The translations under genes were made by a program, and so were the position numbers. The notes under the pieces are model-generated. The model had not been told where the DNA came from and did not search any database. It saw nothing but the letters and a program-made list of their open reading frames with translations. From the NCBI GenBank assembly GCA_964016885.1, contig OZ024741.1:271498001-271562000 (forward strand): 64,000 nucleotides of DNA, read 5' to 3'. Below, in pieces: positions 54,126-64,000 of the stretch. Origin of the DNA: Eledone cirrhosa (taxonomy: Eukaryota). Positions within the stretch are counted from its first letter, which is position 1. The number at the start of each line of letters is the position of its first letter.

Positions 54126-55669
54126 TTAGGGCAAATTTTCTGGTTAAATAACATCAATGACTGAGATATCAAAGTAATAATAATGGCTTCTTATATAGGC
54201 ACAAGGCCAACAATTTGAGAGGAGGGAAAAGACAATTAAATCGACCCCAGTACATGACTGGTACTTTATTTTATCGACCCTGAAATGATGAAAGGCAAAG
54301 CTAACTTCAGTAGGATTTGAACTCAGAACATAAAGGGGCATAACTATATACCGCAAAGTAAGCTGTTTGGTTCTCTACTGATACAGCCAATCCACTGCCC
54401 TATATAATAGGGGTTTCTAATTTAGGCACAAGGCCAACAATTTTGGGGGAGGAGAAAAATGATTAAATTGACCCCAGTGTGTGACTGATAATTTATTTTG
54501 CAAATCCCCTAATTTTTCCGAATTGAGCTTTGCTCCCGTCAACCTTTCATATTCCTTTAAATAGTTGCCAGCCACCTCAATTTCCGCGGTGTTTCACTGG
54601 TGTTCAACACTGTCGCGGTGACATTGTTGCATATGCCAACGCAACCCTGCCATGTCCCAGTTTGAACGAGATGCCTCACAACAGCTCCGTCTTCTGCAGT
54701 AATGGCTAGGGAGTCAGTACATGCAGAAGAGAAGAGATAAGGCATTGTTGAGGGGCCAAATGTATGATTTGGAACAGTTCTAATAGGTGACCATTTACTT
54801 TATCCCAACTTCATGGGATTCAAGTGACTGACTGTACAACACACTATTCATCATTATCATCATCATTGTCATTTTAATGTCTGCTTTCCCTGCTAGCAAA
54901 GGCTGGATGGGTCCACATAGACCATATCAGTACTGAAGCAGAACCATTGATCTCCTGGGGAGACCAGGACCTGTGCACTTATGTACGGTCGCACGTTCCA
55001 TCTAGTGCTTGGGAGAGGTTATCATGCCTTTGACACAATTGAGAGTCCTCCCAACCCTTTGTTTGGCAAGTTTTCAACAGCTGGAAGCCCTTCCTTTCAC
55101 TAACCACTTTACATCATGTACTGGGTGTGTTTATCATGTAAATCACCAACACTAGTGAGGTTTTCATGCCCTTGACACTAACTGAAGATTCCTCTCAACC
55201 CTTTGTCTGGCAAGTTTTCTACAGTTTGAAGCCCTTCCTTTCACTAACCACTTTACAGCAAGAACTGGGAGTGTTTATCTCTAACACTAGGGAGGTCGTC
55301 ATTCCCTTGACACTAACTTAGGGAAACTATCGATGCTACTCTGGCAAGTTTTCTACAGCTGAAAGCCCTTCCTATTGCAGGACTAAATCCCAGCTTCTGC
55401 TGCTGGTAGTCATTCCCAGCTGAGTGAATCAAAGCAACATGAAATGAAATACCTTGCTGAAGGACATAATGTGTCACCCAGTCAGAGAATTGAACCCTTT
55501 CCCCTATGATTATGAGCCCCATACCTTAACCACTAGATCACATACCTACACATTATCTTTTATAGTCTCGTAAAATCTTCAATCAACATATTTACAAGTT
55601 TTTCCTAAATATCTTTGTTTATTTATACCAAAACATCTGTTATTTACCACAGTCTTATCAAATGGGAAT

Positions 55670-56690
<1,021 letters not shown>

Positions 56691-59600
56691 AGGAGGAGAA
56701 TCAACAACCAGTGGGGATGGTAATCAGGCAGCTTAGCCAGGAATTTTATTATGCGAGACACAGTCAAGAGCTTTTCTGATCTCCAGCATAACATTGCTTT
56801 CATCAAAGTCCTCAGGAATGAAATACATCATATATTGGGATAGCTTCCTGTAAAGCAGAGGTCCACAAAGTAGGCACTACCACCCACCAGGGGGCGTTGA
56901 GAATGTCGGGAGGAGGAGGGGGGGGGGACTGGTGCTTAAAGGGGCAGTAGAGATGATATAATAGTATATTAAATATCAAATGATACATATTATATATAAA
57001 TATAGTTTCTACTTTTAGCACAAGGCCAGCGATTACTCCAGTGCACCACTGGTACTTTATTTTATCGACCTCGTAAGGATGAAAGGCAAAGTTAACCTCG
57101 GCGGATTTGAACTCAGAACATAAAGGGCCGTAACTATGCTGCAAAGCATGGTGTCTGATGCTCTACCGATACTGCCAAACCACCGCCCTATACTTATACA
57201 TATTTTACTATATTTATATATATTATATATAAATATAGTAAAATAAGTATAAGTAAATATATTATATATAAATATAGTAAAATAAATATAGGTATATATA
57301 TTATATATAAATATAATAAAATAAAAATATATATTTATTTATACATAGTATATACTATATTATTTATGTTACATGAACTAACGATTTTATTTATTATATA
57401 TTATTTACAATTTGCGTGTAGGCAGATCTCTCTGGAAATAGGGGTGGGACACTGAGGGTATTATGTGGTCGTGAAGGAGTCAGTGGTCCAAAATGTTTGA
57501 GAACCTCTGCTGTAGAGAGAGAAACATTTAAGAGTCTTGTGGTCATAGGAGCTCACACTGGAGCACACTGTTTTGTGATAGTCTCATCTAAAAGGAATGA
57601 TAGATTTTTAGCAGAAATGTTCCTTGGATCTTTTAAGCTGACCCTCATATATATATATATGTATATATATATCAATGAAAATTACCATGGAGGCACATGG
57701 CTTAGTGGTTAGAGCATTGGCCTTGCAATCGAAAGGTTGTGAGTTCAATTCTCAGACCGGGTGATGTGTTGTTTCCTTGAGCAAGACACTTTATTTCACA
57801 TTTCTCCAGTTTACTCAGCTGTAGAAATGAGATGATAGGGACTGGGGCCCCTATCATTCCACTGCAAAGTGGTCGTGGAGGTGCCACGGCAAAAAAGCAC
57901 CCAGCACTCACTGTAAATGAGGTTGGTGTTAGGAAGGTCATCCAGCTGTAGAAATCAAGCCAGAATCAGTTCCCGTCCCACCCTTGCAAGCAAGGAAAAG
58001 TGAACGTAAGATGATGATGATGATGATGATGATCACCATTTAACACATATTTACCATGTTTGCTTAGGTTAGATATGTCATCATGACGTGTGATTAGACT
58101 GGTCAAGTAGCCACATCTTGCTCATATGCTCCATTTTGGGTTTGGTCTTTATGGCTAGATGCCATTTCTAATGCCAACCACTTTACAGTGTGTAAGGGGC
58201 TTTTATCATGACTCCAACATTACCACATTACAGGATGAACTGGGTGCTTTTTTATGTGCCTCAATCACTAACAGCTTACATGAGGGGACTTGGTGCCTTT
58301 CATCATAGCACCAGCACTACCACCTTACAGGTTTGATTGTATGCTTTTCACTGTGGCCCCAACAGTACCAATTCACAGGGTAGACTGGGTGTTTTTCATC
58401 ATGGCACATGAACTACCACATTACAGAGTGGACTGGGTGCATATTATGATAGCACAAGCACTACAAAAATGAATTATCAATAAAAAGAAATTCAAAAATA
58501 AGGTTACTAATTTCACAGAGAGCAGAAAGTAGGAGCCGAAGGCTATGAAAAGGACTAGAAGAAGTTTGACTCATAAAAGTCAGTTGTATCCAGGGTGCCA
58601 TATGAGATTCTATATTAACTTGTGTGTTCTGGAACTATACACTAATTTACTAGTTAACAGAATGCATGGTATATAAAATATTAGGGATGAAAGGAAGTTA
58701 CAGACCATCAAAGGGGCTTGGTGTTTCTGTTCACACCTGTCTAACTCTGTGGTGAAATGAGCTTCCAGAGTTTTAACAGAAAATTGTCAAAGTGGCAACA
58801 CTTGTTGAAAACATCCAGATCCTGTATTTAGATAATTTGATGAGCCTTCAATACTGTTCAGTATAATATTCTTCACAGTGCACAAATAACATTGTCTTCT
58901 GCTGTTGTATTTCCATTTTATTTTATAATCAAGAATTGAGAAGCTAGTAAACTAACATTAATATCACAACATCACTATACAATTTAGCTCCCGTTGTAGT
59001 TGTAGAAGAAACAGGAGCTAAATTGTATAGTGATATTAATTGTTTATACGTTTGACACAAGGCCAGCAATTACTCAGTGCATTACTGGTACTTTATTTTA
59101 TCGACCCCGTAAGGATCAAAGGCAAACTTAACCTCAGCGGGATTTGAACTCAGAATGGCAAGGGCCGTAACTCTGTACGTCAAAGCATGGCATCCGTAGC
59201 TTCTCAATTCTTGAGATTGTCCTGCATGACCAAGTCTGTTTTATAATCAATATTGTTCCTCCTTTTCAGCAACCAGATGTAATTAACACTTCAGCATTTA
59301 AAATACAATAGTAAATATAGAGTAATGTAAATGCTAAAAGGTTAAACAAGACTGTGGGGTTTTTTTCTTATCAATATCCATCAAGAAGCATTATTACATG
59401 TCCTTACAGGGTCAATAAAATAAAGTACCAGAAATGCACTGGGGTTGATTTAATCCACTTTCCCCAACCCTAAAATTGTTGGCCTTGTGCCTAAATCAGA
59501 AGCCTTTATTACTGACATATCATTTCTTCAACTTGTGCTCAACATTTTTATGTAATGTTTACTATTAACTGATTTGTTTGAGTTGGTAACTTCAGCTTAT

Positions 59601-61243
59601 TACACTAGTGCCTTGCTGTTACAGGGCCCATTTAGTAGGCATACTTTATTTTATTTGCATGCACATCCCATTTCTGTTATCTTAACGGTTTGCATATTAT
59701 GATGCTATTTATATTAGAAGTAAAATTATAACTCATTTTCAAATATTGATACTTTTCCTGTAACTGTGATGGGTAGAAAGGCATTTATCTACTAAAGTCA
59801 GGAAAATGTTTATCTGCATTGAAAGCTTCCTGACACTACTGTATGATTACAAAAATATAAGTTCATACCACTTTGAATATAACCAGTATAAATCCCTATC
59901 ATTCCACCTTTTCTAGTCGTTCCAATGTCTTTTCTTCTTTGCTAACTAATTTTTGGGGGAAACTAGTAACCCCATTTTTTTTTTCATTTTTATTGATATA
60001 TAGATTAGCTCTAGGATTAGCTTTACGATTTTGCTAAACATTGACAGATGCAACAACTGTTTTAAGAAAACAGGCAATATTCCAATGAGTGGTGGCCATA
60101 TTAACTAGTAAAATTATTTGTTAGTTCTTGCTCTTGCTCGATGAGACTGGGGTCATCCTAGGTCAGTGATCCCAGAAGCATCATTATATGAAGGTCCACC
60201 AGTGCCCTCCATTGCTGATGATCCCGTGCAGACCAATAATCTATAATAATAAAGGATATATTCAAAACCCATATTCAAAGTTGAGTTGAAATATCATATC
60301 AAACGTAAACCAAGTCTATACAAAAACAATTAGAGTCTCTGTTGAGACAGTAGGAGAGTATATAGGTTCTCTGTTGAGTAGGTAAACGGTCTCTATTGAG
60401 TGGGTATGCAGGGTCTCTGTTGAGTGGGTAGGCAGGGTCTCTGTTGAGTGGGTAGGCAGGGTCTCTGTTGAGACAGTAAAGGAGTAAACAAGCTCTCTAT
60501 TGAGACAGTAGGAGGGTAGACAGTCACTGTTGAGAGAGTAGGTGTGTAGACAGGGTGTTTGTTGAGAGAGTAGGGGTAATTGTATTATGGGTGTCTGTTG
60601 AGGGGGATAGATCGGATGGAGGGGGAGGAGGAAGCAATGGGAATACAAATATGTGTAAGCTGATGTTTCACACCTTATGTCTCTAATCACGTCTTATCAC
60701 TAAAGATACGCAAATTCATAAACACACACGTGCTCACACACACGCATGCACACACACACACTCACACACACATCACACACACATATGCACACACACACAC
60801 ACATACATGCATGCAATGCACACATATATATATATATACTCACATATCCACATACACACATCCCAATGCAGGTTCAGATGTAGAGAGGGGAAGAGAAAGA
60901 GAGAGAGAAACCTACATATGTATAGATACAGAGAGAGAGAAAAGAGAAGAGATACCCACACCCCTCACACATACAGAGGAGTGTGTGTGTGTGTGTGTGT
61001 GAGAGAGATAGAGAGAGAGAGAGAAAGAGAGAGAAACATGAGAGAGTGGGAGAGATCTATACCCCCCCCCCCACACACACACATATAGAGAGGGGGGGGT
61101 TGAAAGAGAGAGAGAGAGGCATACTCCTCAAACACACAGAGATAATAAGTGAGAGAGTGAAAGAGACACCCACACTTCTCACACACACAGATACTGAGAG
61201 ACAGAGAGGGAGAGAGAGTGAAAGAGAGAGAGAGAGAGAGAGT

Positions 61244-61304
<61 letters not shown>

Positions 61305-61499
61305 AAAAGACACCCACACCCCTTACACACACACAGATACTGAAAGAGGGAGAGAGGGAGAGATAGATAGATAGATAGATAGATAAATAGAGAGAGGTGG
61401 GAGAGAGAAAGAGAGACATACCCCTCACACAAATACTGATACACAGAGAGAGAGAGAGAGAGAGAGAAAGTGAGCCACACAAACTCACTTCCCCTTACA

Positions 61500-61506
61500 T
61501 ATAAAT
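61500..61506 (+). promoter_or_regulatory. Candidate TATA box of gene B
   Basis: TATAAAT 69 nt upstream of the ATG, ttcaga about 30 nt downstream of it, (GA)n tracts upstream. Confidence 0.5.
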
Positions 61507-61568
61507 GCAATTTTGAAGAAGAGATATTTTCAGAAAGGAACAAGACAGGAGACCAGAACACAGCAAAC

Positions 61569-61728
61569 ATGAAGATTGTTGCTTTAATTCTTTTCTGTGT
61601 GGTTGGTAGTTTGGCAACCAGTCACCATAATCAGACTCTGCTAGAGGTTGCTAAGAAATATGGTCTTCATACCATCTTGGTAGATTTGGCTGAAGTAGCA
61701 GGTTTAGCACACAAACTTAATGAATCAG
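61569..61728 (+). CDS. Probable fasciclin paralogue gene B, coding exon 1
   Basis: aacATG, signal peptide MKIVALILFCVVGSLA, TLLEVAKKYG..LVDLAEVAGLAHKLNES-G|GTatat. Same size class, phase and AGLA motif as gene A exon 1. Confidence 0.75.
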
Positions 61729-61781
61729 GTATATCTTTCATCTTTGCCTATGTAATTATATATGTAATGTCATTTTTCATC

Positions 61782-61811
<30 letters not shown>

Positions 61812-61815
<4 letters not shown>

Positions 61816-63545
61816 TCATCATCATCATCATCATCATCGTTTAACGTCCATCTTCCACGCTTGCATGGGTTTGGACGGGAGTTTTCCCACTTGAGGCAAG
61901 AGTGGTTGTCTCGCTCGCATAGGACTGTCTGGCGGGTTTTCTATGGCTGGATGCCCTTCCTAACACCAACCACGTTTACAGTGTGGACTGGGAGGTTTTT
62001 ACCGTGTTACCTACACGGCCACATTACAGCGTGGACTGTGTGTTTTTTTTGTCATGACACCTACACGACCTCATTTGTTTTGGACTGGATGTTGTGGTAC
62101 CAACATAACTTTACATTGAAAGGGGTGGTGTGGATGGGGTGGGGGTGGTGAGACGGGGGTGTATTTTGTTAGAGGTGCCTACTGAGTGTAGTAGGTTTCA
62201 CTTTGTACTTAGGTAAGGCGGGTCTTCTGTATTACTGTGTAGCGCCAAAGATCTCGGTCCAGTGACATTGTCTTGGAGAGGTGTAAGTGTGTGAGGTCGG
62301 AATTTATCAAGTCGTGGCTACCGTCTATTTTTATTGCCCTGCACTTTTTTTATACAGCTGTCGTCTTTCATGCGCATCACGTGACCATACCAACGTAGTC
62401 TTCTATTGAGTAAACAACATCTGATCCCTCTTATTTCTAATTTTTCCCTTAGTTTGTTTATGCTTTGCCGTTCACGTATATTACTCTTACACATCCAGTG
62501 GAGCATGCAAGCTTCGTTCCTCTCCAGTCTGCGTATATCCTCTGCACACAATGCCCAGGTCTCACTACCATGTAACATTGCTGTTCGTATGCAGGCATCA
62601 TACAGCCTGCCTTTCATTTTTTGAGAGAACCCTTTAGCGGCTAATAGAGGTATAAACTCTCTGAACTTTTTCCATCCAGTTCTGACTCTAGCTACTGTAC
62701 TTTCAGAGCACCCTCCACCATTGCTGATTTTGTCACCCAAGTAACGGAAGGTGTCCACTATTTCTATAGAACCATCTGTGTAATGGAATGAGCTAGTATT
62801 TTGTGGGCACTTGCTGCTACTTATTGCACCAGAGCACCGGCCACATATAAAATCTATGTTCTTAGTTAGCTTACCTGTGATCCCACTACATCTTTTATGC
62901 ACCCATACTTTGCATTTGGGACATAAAATGGAGTTTCTACCTACTCCTTTCCTACACACTGAGCATGGCCATTTCCCGGATGGGACCGGTGCCCTATTTT
63001 CCTTCCTACAAACTAGAACTTTAGTCTTAGACAGGTTAATTTTAAGGCCTTTTGATTCTAGGCCATGCTTCCATGTTTGGAATTTCTTCTCTAGTTCGGC
63101 CATTGATTCAGCTATGAGCATTAGATCATCTGCGTATAGGAGTTTCCATGGGTAGCCGGTCTTGAACTCCACTGGTATAGCCTGAAGGGCAATAATAAAT
63201 AGTAGGGGGCTAAGAACGGAGCCCTGATGAACACCAACTTTTACGCTAAACTCTTCACTATATTCGTTGTTAATTCTAACCTTGCTGACTGTTTCTTTAT
63301 ACATGGCTTGTATAGCTCTCACAAGCCATTCATCAACACCTAGTTTTCTAAGAGCCCACCAGATAATGGAACGGGGGACTCTGTCAAAGGCTTTCTCCAA
63401 GTCGACAAAACTAAGTATAGGGTTTACTTTTAGCTAGGTACTTCTCCTGTAGTTGCCGTACAATGAAAAGAGCGTCTGTGGTACTTTTACCTGACACAAA
63501 CCCGAACTGCATTTCATCTAGATCAATTCGCTCTCTGATTAGTTG
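61812..63545 (-). mobile_element. 5'-truncated RTE LINE (same subfamily as 10079-14460) in intron 1 of gene B
   Basis: ORF 62318-63400 is highly similar to the 10584-13604 protein; (CAT)n tail at 61812; small indels. Confidence 0.9.
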
Positions 63546-63639
63546 CGCTATTACTTATATATATATGAATCAGGTATATCTTTCATCTTTGCCTATATAA
63601 TTATATATGTAATGTCATTTTTCATCCCTTTATATATAT

Positions 63640-64000
63640 ATATGTACGTATGGATTCACCAAACATTTATTATAATGCTCATTGTGTTTGTAAACAAACA
63701 TCCCGTATTAAGCCGTAGTGTCTAGCAACCACCGTTGCTCGTTTGTTCAACACTGACAAAGGAACGCTGTACTAGTTTCAGGCTTGTTAGCTATCGTCAG
63801 CAACGTATACCTTCCTGCCAGATAGTTGAACGTCCGAAAGTATATACTTTCCTTATGCATATTAACGGCTGAGTAGCCCAATTTGCATATCGAGTGGTTA
63901 ATCGGCCGGGTGCACCGAAAACGATAAAAGGAAAAAATGAAACGAAATTTCATTTCCCACTCTTAGTACAGCTGTTACTTAAATATAAGTATGTATACGT
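63640..64000 (-). mobile_element. Retrozyme-like unit with HHR at 63764-63806 and octamer at 63881-63888
   Basis: Minus strand reads acgttg-CTGACGA-tagct-aaca-agcct-GAAA-CTAG-TA-cagcgt. Confidence 0.72.

Overview
Repeat-dominated eukaryotic DNA, most likely an octopod cephalopod (inferred from giant (TA)n arrays, RTE-clade LINEs with (ATG)n tails and tRNA-derived CORE-like/Meta-like SINEs). Host genes: a secreted fasciclin (FAS1-domain, TGFBI/periostin-like) gene on the minus strand with five phase-consistent exons (52287 to 29644; 3' end not found), and exon 1 of a probable paralogue facing away from it on the plus strand (61569). The rest is mobile DNA: five long RTE LINE copies (one with an uninterrupted 1006-aa ORF, four retaining a PHD-type finger inside the RT), five Penelope-like element (PLE) copies or fragments, an R4-like fragment and SINEs. 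The most notable signal, read by eye, is about 20 type I hammerhead ribozyme (HHR) motifs from at least 7 sequence families, some with a U3-A8 core variant. They sit in PLE pseudo-LTRs, in small asymmetric fold-back insertions inside (TA)n tracts, and in a non-coding ~430-500 bp circularly permuted retrozyme-like repeat that carries an octamer exactly 88 nt upstream of the ribozyme core. Ribozyme folds were assigned manually and none is tested.
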